DNA of 64,000 nt from assembly GCA_000165345.1 (NCBI GenBank), contig CM000431.1, forward strand, positions 736,001 to 800,000. The letters are read 5' to 3'. The position numbers and the translations under genes are program-made. Positions 40,127 through 50,205 of the stretch are shown here, piece after piece (within the stretch, counting starts at the first letter, position 1; the number at the start of each line of letters is the position of its first letter). The notes beneath the pieces are model-generated. The model saw only the letters and a program-made list of their open reading frames with translations. It made no database searches and was not told the DNA's origin.

Positions 40127-43100
40127 ATGAATAACGAGATTAGTATTGATGGAGATTCAATTTCTCCAAGTAGAAGACCTTCAATGGCAACAAATAATTC
40201 CGCCAATTTAATTCCTGAAAGTAGTATCAAGATTCTACGCAATATTTCAGAACAATTAAATAAACTGACTTTTGTTAGTGGGATTGTAGTTCCTAAAAAA
40301 CAATATTTTTCAGAAGAGTTATTTAATAAAACTAGCTTATACTCAGATAATTGTATTAAAAATATTTTTAAGGAAGATTTAGTTGAAAGCCAATTTAATA
40401 AGTTGGAAATGATTAAAACTAGTTTTAATATTATTAAAAACGAATGGGATGATATACTATATAGAAATACAATCAATAAAAAAAATTTAGAGCAACTTGA
40501 ATCCAGAAAGGTTGAATTTATTGGAAATACATCTTGCTTTCAGTCTATATGCGACACTTCAATATCACAGCTTGGAAACCTAGAGTCTCAGGCAAGAATA
40601 ATTGAGGAATATATATTTCCTTATCAACAGTATACAATCATCTACTATAAACTACAAAATGATAAATTCTCAAACAATTTAAAGGAGATTTCTAGTTGCT
40701 TTGAAATAATTGATAATTCAATTATTTTCTTCAAAAACCATATGGAATTGAAACGTACAGATTATTATATTGAAGGCTATAAAAAATTAAGAGTTAGGCT
40801 CTGCTGCATAATAAAAAATATCATGAAAAATATATTAAAGGACTGCCAAGTGAAAAACAGCGTAGATGAAAACCATAATATTACAGAAATATCTTCACAG
40901 CCGTTAGATTACAATGGAGAAAATAAAGGTGGGTATAATATTTCCCTATATTTTACTCAGTTAAGAGCTAAAGGGAAACTTTTTAACGAATATATAAAAT
41001 TATTAATGCAAAGATATAAAGAAACTTTACAAAATGAAACTTACAGATCTGCAATTGAAGAAATGGAAAGATACTATATTGACTTAAGAATTTCGGACGA
41101 ATGTTGTGGGGTCAGGTCATTTATTAAGTTTGGCTCGAAAAAGCTTTATTCAGGCAAAAACTCCCAAAACTGTTTGGCATTAAATATTAAAAGTTTTACC
41201 AGACTGGTTTTGAATTACTGTAAATATGAATGGGCAACATATAAATCGTTTTTCTGCTGTCAAGAAACTCTAAATGGAAAGAATGAAAACAAGATTTATG
41301 AAATTCAGAGGTTAAGCAGGGAACTTGGGAATAAAATTAATGCTTCTAAAAAGAACATCGAATTTAATAACTATTTCAGCTCACTGATTGAAAGGTTCGG
41401 AAATGAATATTATAACGCACTAATATTACAAATTAAAGCTCAAAGAGATCCAGAATTGTTAAGAGAATCAATTCAATACTTGTCACAAGATATAGTTAAT
41501 ATCTCTAACGACCTATACCAGTCCGTTTCCTTTCCGGATATCTATTTGTCTTCTCTTCTTCATTACATAATAAAACTTCAAAGCTCAATACTTGAACAAC
41601 TCATGTATTGTACTGAGGCCTTTATAAAAGAAAAAATTCAAGATTATGAATTAAAAGTTGAGGAGTTAAATTATCCTGAAATATTGCAATTATTTAGTGC
41701 AGATAAAAGGTTAATAAGAAGCCTTCAGCCTCTAGAAGATTCTGCTTCTAATATATCAACTAACCGAGGTCATTTATCTAAAGCTTCATCCCATAATAAT
41801 TTAATGGAAGGAGAAGATTTTGAAGTTACAAATAAAACTTTACGTCCTGAGAACAACAAGCATCATTATGAAAGTGAACTATTGACGAATGTTTCATTCC
41901 CACCTAACAAAATAAGTCTGCAGACTAATAGTGATGCAGAAGATTTTTTATTCGAAGATGAGTACTTTGATATTTTTCAGGAGGAATCTGAGAAAAGCAT
42001 CAATGATAGAAATACTGCGCCTTCGAATGAAAGTTGCCAGAAACAAAATGGTAGAGCAATAAACGTTAGTATTGGATGCTACCCTGTTGTGAAGAATACG
42101 TTGTTAGCTTTATCATTTATTGATAATTTAGTTCCTAATTCCAGCTATTTATTTTTGAATAAATTGATTATTCAAAAGTGCTGTGATAAATTGGTTTCTG
42201 CGAAAGAATTTATATGTAATGAATTCTACTTAAATGATAAAATCTCAAGGATGTATCATGGAAATTTATTTATTGTTAGAAATTTACTTTATTTAAAATA
42301 TGAGCTTATAAATTTAAGTAAGCAAAACAACTGTAAAGGTTTTGATGTATTTGAAAGAAATCTATGCGAGTTAGAAAGTAATGAAAAAAATTTATCCAAT
42401 ACAAAAATAACAGAATCAAATCTTTTAATAAAAGATTCTAACCTTTTGTGCTTTAAGGCGACACTAGATTCAATTGTTAATATAGTTGATGTTCTAATAA
42501 ATTCAAATTTAGAAGAAATGATCAACAATATTTGTTCGAATATCTCTCTCCCATTAACGAAAATCGTGCTGCAAGTTCATCCTGAAATTCAGTCAAGTGA
42601 TATTAAAGAACTACAATGTACAAATCATAAGTACATCCGAGAATCTACTGAATTGTTTTGGAAAAATTTAAAGTTTCATACAAGTAATTATATTTTAAAG
42701 TATCTGAACCTTTACCTTTCAATTGCAGGCAAAGAAGAAATGGAAACATTATTTTACTCTATAATTACAGAAATTGGTTATGAAGGTGACTCAAAAGTAG
42801 ATATTGATTGTAAACTGTCAAATGAATCATGCAACGGTGAGCCAACCAATTTTAGGAATTCAGGAAATTTAAATTCGATGGGATACGAATATGATAAAGC
42901 GCATTTAAACTCGGTTGTTTCTTCTATTTTACCCAGCCCAATGTCAATATTTCTATCTGTTAAGGAAGTTTTAATTGGCGTGATTTTCGAGTTTGACCAT
43001 GTATTGAATAAGAGATTAGGCATTGAAAAAAGTGTTATAGAAGAAGAATTGGATTGGAAACTCCAAAACATTATAAAATTCCTAAACTCAGTAGAAAATA

Positions 43101-43132
43101 AACTCGATGCTTACGAAAATACTAATTCTTGA
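40127..43132 (+). CDS. Hypothetical 1001-aa protein with N-terminal coiled coil. A CATCHR-family tethering subunit (COG/exocyst/GARP type) is possible but unsupported.
   Basis: ATG confirmed. The ORF is uninterrupted. No diagnostic motif found. Confidence 0.45.
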   Translation: MNNEISIDGDSISPSRRPSMATNNSANLIPESSIKILRNISEQLNKLTFVSGIVVPKKQYFSEELFNKTSLYSDNCIKNIFKEDLVESQFNKLEMIKTSFNIIKNEWDDILYRNTINKKNLEQLESRKVEFIGNTSCFQSICDTSISQLGNLESQARIIEEYIFPYQQYTIIYYKLQNDKFSNNLKEISSCFEIIDNSIIFFKNHMELKRTDYYIEGYKKLRVRLCCIIKNIMKNILKDCQVKNSVDENHNITEISSQPLDYNGENKGGYNISLYFTQLRAKGKLFNEYIKLLMQRYKETLQNETYRSAIEEMERYYIDLRISDECCGVRSFIKFGSKKLYSGKNSQNCLALNIKSFTRLVLNYCKYEWATYKSFFCCQETLNGKNENKIYEIQRLSRELGNKINASKKNIEFNNYFSSLIERFGNEYYNALILQIKAQRDPELLRESIQYLSQDIVNISNDLYQSVSFPDIYLSSLLHYIIKLQSSILEQLMYCTEAFIKEKIQDYELKVEELNYPEILQLFSADKRLIRSLQPLEDSASNISTNRGHLSKASSHNNLMEGEDFEVTNKTLRPENNKHHYESELLTNVSFPPNKISLQTNSDAEDFLFEDEYFDIFQEESEKSINDRNTAPSNESCQKQNGRAINVSIGCYPVVKNTLLALSFIDNLVPNSSYLFLNKLIIQKCCDKLVSAKEFICNEFYLNDKISRMYHGNLFIVRNLLYLKYELINLSKQNNCKGFDVFERNLCELESNEKNLSNTKITESNLLIKDSNLLCFKATLDSIVNIVDVLINSNLEEMINNICSNISLPLTKIVLQVHPEIQSSDIKELQCTNHKYIRESTELFWKNLKFHTSNYILKYLNLYLSIAGKEEMETLFYSIITEIGYEGDSKVDIDCKLSNESCNGEPTNFRNSGNLNSMGYEYDKAHLNSVVSSILPSPMSIFLSVKEVLIGVIFEFDHVLNKRLGIEKSVIEEELDWKLQNIIKFLNSVENKLDAYENTNS

Positions 43133-45037
43133 TTATTCATTTATAAAAGATTCTGTATATTTTTTTTGTCGTTTAATCGAGAAATCCTCAGCTAATTCTT
43201 GTATTTTCTTTAATAGTAAAGCTTCGCTATTTAATGTTTCATTGTACTCTAACTTAATTTCTTTTAACTTGTTTAGTGAATCTGCCATAATAATAAATAT
43301 TTTTGATTCAAGTTCCTTAAATAACTCTATAATGCACATTGATTCACCTACTTTGCTTATTTCCAGGGAGTTAATTTCATCATTAGATTGCGTCGAAACA
43401 AAGCTAGCTCTGTTTAATTGCTTATCCGAGTAATTTATTTCACTTTGCTGAAATAGTGAATTGTTCTCTTTTTCTGAAAAGGAGTTATTTTCAATAATAG
43501 TTTCGTTAACTTTTTTACTTGATATTTGACTTGAAAATTCACTTAAGGAATTAATTACATCATATATATTATTATTTATGTGATGAATCAAGTTCAGACC
43601 ATAGTTATTCTCATCTTGAAAAATTTTCTTCTCTTCAACAGTAACTAGTCCGGAAATTATAGTTTGTGAAGAAGATTCAATCTGCGATTTTTTTTTAGAT
43701 TTAACCTTCTGATCAAAAGAGTTGATCCCGATATTACAGTTGCAAGTACATGACAGATCATTTTCTTCATTATCATTTAGTAATTGATTAGATATTTTAA
43801 CCTTGATGTTTTTTGCTCTGTTAGCATATTTCAACGTGTTATGAGATTCTTCAAATGCTTTGGATGATGGGGAAATATTTGCAATCATTACAACAAAGCA
43901 TTTTTCACCTTCTAAACTATTCTTTAATATATGAGTCAATTTTGAGTCTCTATATTTAACATGGTATCTATTATCATTATTCTGGTTAAGAATGGACTGC
44001 CCATCAATGCTCGAACTTGATAAAGCCAAAGAATTAATACAGTTAGCTAGAGCTAGTAGTGAACGATTAATATGCGCACCTTCAGTTAATCTAATTCCCC
44101 TGTTTTGCGTTGCGCTTGCTCTTTCAGAGCCAGCTAGATCAATAAACGAAATCTTGCACCAAAGTTGAGGATTTGTTGAGTTGTTTATTGAGGGCTTGTA
44201 CAGTTTTTCACTAGGAAAATGATCATTTCTATAGTTATTGCTTCTAATGAATTTATGTGGATTGTTATTTGCAGATATATTAAATAACTTTTTTCTTTCT
44301 AAAAATATAGATAGTTGGAAAATTGCATGGCTTCTTGAAGACACATTATTTGCGACAGTTTGTTCAATCTTTCGGTATTTATTTCCGAAATTTAAAGCTT
44401 GAATTCCCTCCTTACTGTTTTCAATTAGTAGTTGAGTCAGGTTGCTAATTTGTATATTTGATTGATCTTCAAGTATTTCACAAGAATATTGACAATTTGA
44501 AGAGTTATTGGATGGATTCAGCAAATCTCTAATTGTTTCATTGTAAATTTCCATGTATGATGCAGTTACAAAGAAATTTGAGTTAGGCTTTAATTCATTT
44601 GAGCTATTATTTTCACTACTGCTCATATCGGAGTTATTATCTTTAACAAACCTTTCATCGCTGAAAAGATATTCAAATGTTTCATTGATCCCTCTAATTA
44701 CTATCCCAGGATTTTTCTCGTTTCCAATAATGGTATATGTTTTACCAGTACCAGTTGCACCATAAACAAATACAGTTAAATTAATTCCATTTGATATTGC
44801 ATTTTTAAGAAAATTACATGTTGATATATTGTAAACAGTCTCCTGATCAGCATTAGGTGGGAATATATGATCAAATGTGTACTCATAATATCTAGTTTGT
44901 TGTGAAAGCAAGTATGTGTTTTTTTTTCCAGGTTTAGATATTATAACCTTTCTCTGGCCCCTTATATCTACAATATCTTCATCATCGCTCCCATCAGCAT
45001 TAGGTCGTACCCTAAGAACAACTCGAACTCTTTCCAT
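43133..45037 (-). CDS. Kinesin-like motor protein (N-terminal motor domain)
   Basis: P-loop FVYGATGTGKTYT, switch I SSRSHAIFQL and switch II DLAGSE are all present. The motor occupies aa 1-~330 and is followed by a low-complexity, coiled region. The ATG is confirmed. Confidence 0.85.
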   Translation of the reverse strand: MERVRVVLRVRPNADGSDDEDIVDIRGQRKVIISKPGKKNTYLLSQQTRYYEYTFDHIFPPNADQETVYNISTCNFLKNAISNGINLTVFVYGATGTGKTYTIIGNEKNPGIVIRGINETFEYLFSDERFVKDNNSDMSSSENNSSNELKPNSNFFVTASYMEIYNETIRDLLNPSNNSSNCQYSCEILEDQSNIQISNLTQLLIENSKEGIQALNFGNKYRKIEQTVANNVSSRSHAIFQLSIFLERKKLFNISANNNPHKFIRSNNYRNDHFPSEKLYKPSINNSTNPQLWCKISFIDLAGSERASATQNRGIRLTEGAHINRSLLALANCINSLALSSSSIDGQSILNQNNDNRYHVKYRDSKLTHILKNSLEGEKCFVVMIANISPSSKAFEESHNTLKYANRAKNIKVKISNQLLNDNEENDLSCTCNCNIGINSFDQKVKSKKKSQIESSSQTIISGLVTVEEKKIFQDENNYGLNLIHHINNNIYDVINSLSEFSSQISSKKVNETIIENNSFSEKENNSLFQQSEINYSDKQLNRASFVSTQSNDEINSLEISKVGESMCIIELFKELESKIFIIMADSLNKLKEIKLEYNETLNSEALLLKKIQELAEDFSIKRQKKYTESFINE

Positions 45038-45082
45038 AATGTACTGGTTCCATAAATTATTTTAAAAATTTTTTTTCAATAA

Positions 45083-45109
45083 CGGCACGTCACCTCCCCA
45101 CATGCGGGC
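45083..45109. promoter_or_regulatory. GC-rich island CGGCACGTCACCTCCCCACATGCGGGC, 45-70 bp upstream of the kinesin ATG. A GCATGC core follows at 45137-45142.
   Basis: Read directly. It stands out against ~75% AT flanks. Confidence 0.35.
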
Positions 45110-45369
45110 TTTAAAACCAGTTATTCTATACATATTGCATGCCAAGCTTGCTACATGTATTACATGAAATGTATATATTTCGTTACAAAATTCGCAATTT
45201 TAGTAGATCAATATATTAGCAAAATATAAACTTCTCAATTTTTAAATCAGCTCGAAAAAGCATTCTATTAAAGACAAATATTTGGAGAAAGGCCTAGTTA
45301 CATAGGTAATATTAAAGCTAGAAAATCTATATTCAATAACTTAGAAATTATTTTTGCAAAATATTGCCT

Positions 45370-47205
45370 CTAAGATCGATTTGAAAGAGTATCCGATCCG
45401 TTAGATTCTAACCTGCTTCTAATAGTTCTTGTATAACCAGATATTTCGGATAGTTCAATTTTTAATGATCTCTTATCATTTCCATATGTAAAATGCAAGA
45501 GAGAATATAATAATAAGGAAATACACCAAGGAAAAACTGTAAGGAATACAAGTGCATTCGCAAGCGCATTTGCATTAATAAGTCTTGAATCTGCGTTCAT
45601 TTGACTTACATTTTCTGCAGTAGTTTTATAACCAAACACATTTTCTGATAAAATCCCTACAACAGGAGCCCCAAATGTTGCGGCTGAAATACCTTCAAAT
45701 AAAACGGCTATGGAGAATACAGTTGCTCTATGAGATGCTCTAACAACATCAGAAAGAATTGGCCTGCTTGCAGCAGCGCCTGCAATTGCAAAGAATCCCA
45801 TTAGAAAAGATAAAACCATAAAGTAATAGAATGATGAAGATTCTTTTGGTATTACTAAGAATAGAATACACATTATTGGAATTCTTATTGCCATGGAAAT
45901 TTGACCAACAAGGGGCCTTCCATGGTCAGCAGAGATGCGATTTAAGCAATCTCCTAGCAACCCCCCCATTGGGCCACCAATCATAGATCCTGCAAGCATA
46001 GTTGCAACGACTAGAGCAGCTTGAAAATTTGAAAGGTCGCAGTATTGTAAATACATTGTCATAAATGTTAGTGAACTCCAAGGTATTGTTCCGCTAATCC
46101 CTTCTAAAATCATTAATATAACGCTTTTTACTATCAGACTTTGAGTGATTACGTTTTTCATAAATTGAAGTGTAGATACGTTTTCATCAATTATATCCGA
46201 AATTTCCTCATTTTCATCATGTAAAAATATTCTATTAGTGTTAAATGTATTCAGAAGACTATCTCTTTGTCCTTCTTCTCGCGACATTGTACCAATAACA
46301 GATTGAGTATCAGAATCTGCCCCTCCAGTATCCGGGCGTGCAACAACGGAAATACTAAATTCACTTTGTTCTTGTTGCTCTAATGGTTCTTGTTCGCTCT
46401 CACTATTTGGATCTGATCGAATAGATCTAAAGCGGTGTAGGTGTAGATGAGGGATTTCATCCATAAGAAATACTATTATTCCTCCTAGTATCGCGCTTAG
46501 AACTCCTACTAAAAGGAATGCAAATCTCCATCCTTGAAATCCAACAATAAGTTTCTGTGAAATCGAAGTAGTCAGAACCGCCCCAAAAACTCTTCCAACG
46601 CAACTTGAAAGTTGTATCATTCCAAATCCTAGTCCTCTATTTTTTGAATTGAGCGTATCTGCTAAAACGCTCTGTGCTAGTGGGCCAACACTACCCAAAA
46701 ATGCTCCATTAACAGCTCTAGTAATTAGCACCTCCCAATAAGAACTACTAAATGCAAGCAATATCGTAACAAACCCCCAGACAGTTACACCGGTTGCCAA
46801 AATGTACTTCCTTGAATATCTATCTGCAAGTAAACCCCATATTGGACAACTCAAGGCAAGGCACAATATCTGACACAGGATAATATTGCCAAGGTCTTTT
46901 GGACTCAATTTTAAATCTACTTCAAGCGCTCTAAGGGATGCTGGAAGTAGTTGTTCATCGCATCCATCTAAAGACGCAGCCAAACAAACAATAGCAATAC
47001 TCCTTAAAGCAATACTATGTAGTCTTTGTAATTCAGATGCCTCATAGAGTTCAACAGATGATCCTGAATTATTTGATAAAGTTGAACAACTACTATTGAA
47101 ATGTTTTAACTTTTTTTTTGAATTATTGTCATAAACTTTTTGATCAATAATTGGCCCTTGATTAAAGGGAATTGATTTTTCTTGAGCATTTTTTTGTTTA
47201 TCCAT
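45370..47205 (-). CDS. Major facilitator superfamily transporter
   Basis: Two groups of about 6 TM helices each flank a central hydrophilic loop (SDPNSESEQEPLEQQEQSEF). An MFS-like GxLaDrxgrk-type motif LLADRYSRK follows TM2. Confidence 0.7.
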   Translation of the reverse strand: MDKQKNAQEKSIPFNQGPIIDQKVYDNNSKKKLKHFNSSCSTLSNNSGSSVELYEASELQRLHSIALRSIAIVCLAASLDGCDEQLLPASLRALEVDLKLSPKDLGNIILCQILCLALSCPIWGLLADRYSRKYILATGVTVWGFVTILLAFSSSYWEVLITRAVNGAFLGSVGPLAQSVLADTLNSKNRGLGFGMIQLSSCVGRVFGAVLTTSISQKLIVGFQGWRFAFLLVGVLSAILGGIIVFLMDEIPHLHLHRFRSIRSDPNSESEQEPLEQQEQSEFSISVVARPDTGGADSDTQSVIGTMSREEGQRDSLLNTFNTNRIFLHDENEEISDIIDENVSTLQFMKNVITQSLIVKSVILMILEGISGTIPWSSLTFMTMYLQYCDLSNFQAALVVATMLAGSMIGGPMGGLLGDCLNRISADHGRPLVGQISMAIRIPIMCILFLVIPKESSSFYYFMVLSFLMGFFAIAGAAASRPILSDVVRASHRATVFSIAVLFEGISAATFGAPVVGILSENVFGYKTTAENVSQMNADSRLINANALANALVFLTVFPWCISLLLYSLLHFTYGNDKRSLKIELSEISGYTRTIRSRLESNGSDTLSNRS

Positions 47206-47301
47206 ATTCTAAACAAAAGAAATCATAATATTTAGCATTAATTTTTATCTTATTTACGCAATAACGATATCGCAAGCATGCTAAATTTTTGCATTTCTGC
47301 G

Positions 47302-47326
47302 TACAGTTGTCTTTTATGCAACTGTA
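47302..47326. other. Inverted repeat TACAGTTG-(9 nt)-CAACTGTA, a hairpin-capable element between the TFIIH p44 stop codon and the MFS gene start
   Basis: The 8-bp arms are exact reverse complements. GGCGGTTGCCG follows at 47337-47347 and a GCATGC core lies at 47276-47281. Confidence 0.4.
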
Positions 47327-47404
47327 TGTTTTTTAGGCGGTTGCCGTAACAATAATATGAGTAAAATAATATTTAATTTATAAAAAAAAAACTATATAAT
47401 AGAA

Positions 47405-48676
47405 CTATGAAATTCTCAATGAACAGCAAATTGGGCATTGATGTAGAGTATTAAATATAAATTTACAGCATTCATTGCAGAATTGAGTGCTGCAATTTGT
47501 ACATAAATATTTGTTAATTATATTCGATCTTGACCCAGAGTTCAAATATACATTATTAGAGAACTGGCTCTCACATAATTCGCACTTTGTTTTTATAGAA
47601 CTGGACTCAATCTTTGAATATTCCCCATTTTTAATAGGAGTAATATCTGGGTGCTGAAATAAATATGCGAATGATTTTGCAAGGTGATTTGGGGAAATAA
47701 GATATATCAAGCAAACCGGACATTTTGTCGGTAAGTAACAAACAATTGATTTACACTTCGGGCAAGAATACCCACGATGAGTTAAGGACCTGTGACATGA
47801 GCAACCGAAAGGATGCGTTTGATTGCTTACATATTCAGGAAATCCCATTGTAACCAAGTTAATGTTCAATGGGGTGCTCGCAATGTTATTTGGAGGCGGC
47901 TTGATGAAATTTTCAAGGGTCAACTTAAGTAAGTGGTCATTATTCATTGCGCATAAACAAACACCCCCTGTCATCTTTGTAATTGTCTTAATTATATATA
48001 ATTCTGGGATGAAGAGTATTGCATTAATTATGATATTATTAGAAGAAAAACCTTCTACCCATTCGTTGAATAAAAAAGAATTATCTACACTTCTCATGCT
48101 TCCTAGAAAAAAAATAATTTCTTTTGTACCATACGGAGGGATTGAAACTAGTAGATACTTAGCCTTCTCAAGCCCATTTTGAATAGACATGCTTCCCTTA
48201 CATCCCTTTTTCAAATAATTCAAAATACTCGTCATAATTTCAAGAAAATTAGAATTGTAGCTTATTATTACTTCGCCAATGCCGTCGTAAATAGAAATAA
48301 CCGAGATTTGAGTTAGAGGATTATCTTCTAATAGCTGTTTAATGAAAATTTCATTGCATTTAACCATGCACTGTAGTCTGTCAGGCTTGTAATCAAGCTC
48401 CAGCATATTAGAAGTCATATCTAAAATAATTACAATATTTCTGAGTAGACCACGCCTAATATTTGTATTTGGGCCACGCTTCAACAACTCAATATTATAG
48501 CTTTCGTCTGCATTATTCGAATCAAAGCGAGTCTCATCATCAATTACAACAAGCCCACTCTCTGTTTCAACCAATCTCTCCCAATTTTTTATAAGGCCTT
48601 GTTCCCATGAATATACAACTTCTTGCTCATCCAGTGAGTTATTTGAAGTATCTGCCAATTTCTCTGCAAAATCCAT
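47405..48676 (-). CDS. SSL1: General transcription factor TFIIH subunit p44/Ssl1 (N-terminal vWA domain and C-terminal zinc fingers)
   Basis: The track start is TTG and the ATG is at 48676. The vWA block reads IVIILDMTSNM...RLQCMVKCNEIFIKQLLEDNPLTQISVISI. The C-terminus TMGFPEYV...YSCPKCKSIVCYLPTKCPVCLIYLISPNHLAKSF...CELCES...LCTNCSTQFCNECCKFIFNTLHQCPIC parallels human p44 RMGFPQH...[34 protein letters not shown]...[26 protein letters not shown]. Confidence 0.85.
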   Translation of the reverse strand: MDFAEKLADTSNNSLDEQEVVYSWEQGLIKNWERLVETESGLVVIDDETRFDSNNADESYNIELLKRGPNTNIRRGLLRNIVIILDMTSNMLELDYKPDRLQCMVKCNEIFIKQLLEDNPLTQISVISIYDGIGEVIISYNSNFLEIMTSILNYLKKGCKGSMSIQNGLEKAKYLLVSIPPYGTKEIIFFLGSMRSVDNSFLFNEWVEGFSSNNIIINAILFIPELYIIKTITKMTGGVCLCAMNNDHLLKLTLENFIKPPPNNIASTPLNINLVTMGFPEYVSNQTHPFGCSCHRSLTHRGYSCPKCKSIVCYLPTKCPVCLIYLISPNHLAKSFAYLFQHPDITPIKNGEYSKIESSSIKTKCELCESQFSNNVYLNSGSRSNIINKYLCTNCSTQFCNECCKFIFNTLHQCPICCSLRIS

Positions 48677-48930
48677 TGATTTCAAGAGAAAACCTATTTA
48701 TATCCCAAACTATACAAAGGATACTTCAAATTTAGTTCATTACCTGATTATGAAATAATAACAATCTCAAGATCAAATCGTTTATTATTTAATGGTTACT
48801 TATTATCCCGTTCTTTATTCGATTCGAAAAAAAAAAGCGCTTAGCATTTTTTAAACATAATTAGCGAGTACTTAATAAAGAACTAAATTATTTTGAATGA
48901 AATAAAATATTTCAATAAATATCTAAATTA

Positions 48931-49938
48931 CTATTCTCCATTTAATCTTATATCTGCGAGGTTGTGATTAACATCTCTGTGATGCGATTCATCTCTTCTC
49001 ATTGCTAAAAATAAATCTCTAATTGTTGCATCCTCTGGTAAGCCATAGTAGACGGAGGCAAATTTCGGGGCTTTTCTCTCAAATCCTGGAAGAAGACCCT
49101 TATCTATTTCCTCAATCAGATGAGTGTATGTGCTTACAGCTTCTTCTTCTAAGTATCCAACAAATCTGTGTGAATATTTTGGAGAAATTATATAAAATAC
49201 CGTGTAAAAGATTAAGAAGGCAAACTGAGTCCCAATTACACTGACCCTTGTTAATATTGATGGCTTATTTATCAGCTGCAGTGATATTAGTAGATGCATC
49301 CTTTCATTTTCAGCCTCTTCAAGTAGAGTATGTATCCATCCATTATCTCTTTTCATTTTTCGGAGTGAAGAAAAATGTCTAAGCATTGCACCAACCATAC
49401 CTGGGACGCCGGCTACTGTTTCCAAAAAAATTATTCTTCTGCACCATTGATATTCATTATGTCCTTTTTTGTACCTAGTTAATAAATCGAAACTTTTTCT
49501 TAATGCAATCACAAGATAGTAAGACATTTTGTCTTTAAACCCATTTGGGCATAAATGAGTTTTTTGTACATTATTAACTTCTTCTAAGTCCCAAATGGGA
49601 GAATTAAATCCGTACTCCTTTCCTTCTAATATGGAAGCCGCATGGTTTGATTTCTTCATAAAGTGGCTTCCTACTTTTTCTTCATTTTCAGCGTCGAATT
49701 TATTAATCTGATCACTTTTGCATTCCAAAGTCCTTTTTTTGGAAAAATCCCCTTGATTATTACTTGACCTATCTTTTTCTAAAGTAATATAAAGCTTTGA
49801 AGTGATTTTCTGGCCTTTATTTGAATGGACTATAGAGCACAAATTGTTCAGATTTACTTTTGAAGAGAGTAGCCAAAGATGCCTTCCATAAAAGTATCTC
49901 AATTTATTTGTATTCGATAGGTTTCTTACATAATACAT
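48931..49938 (-). CDS. AOX: Alternative oxidase (diiron carboxylate ubiquinol oxidase)
   Basis: All four iron-binding motifs are present: LETVAGVPG, ENERMHLL, LEEEAVSTY and RRDESHHRDVNH. The track start is TTG and the first in-frame ATG is 49938. The N-terminus is basic and hydroxylated, as in an organelle presequence. Confidence 0.9.
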   Translation of the reverse strand: MYYVRNLSNTNKLRYFYGRHLWLLSSKVNLNNLCSIVHSNKGQKITSKLYITLEKDRSSNNQGDFSKKRTLECKSDQINKFDAENEEKVGSHFMKKSNHAASILEGKEYGFNSPIWDLEEVNNVQKTHLCPNGFKDKMSYYLVIALRKSFDLLTRYKKGHNEYQWCRRIIFLETVAGVPGMVGAMLRHFSSLRKMKRDNGWIHTLLEEAENERMHLLISLQLINKPSILTRVSVIGTQFAFLIFYTVFYIISPKYSHRFVGYLEEEAVSTYTHLIEEIDKGLLPGFERKAPKFASVYYGLPEDATIRDLFLAMRRDESHHRDVNHNLADIRLNGE

Positions 49939-50205
49939 ATTAATATTATTTAAAAAAAAAATACGATTGTAAATAAGATTCCGCTGTAACAATTTAATAA
50001 TTCAAATACAGTTAGCTCGCGATATTCTGTTGGAAAGTGAATATAGTGGAATCCTCTGCATACTATTAGCAATTTTTAAATGTGAGCACGAGCGGGTAAT
50101 ACATGCATCTGGAAAAAAAAAGTTCATTTTGGATTAGAAAAATCTAAAAATTAATTATAACGATTTAAAAAAAAAACAATTTCTAATAAATCCAGATGTT
50201 ATTAA

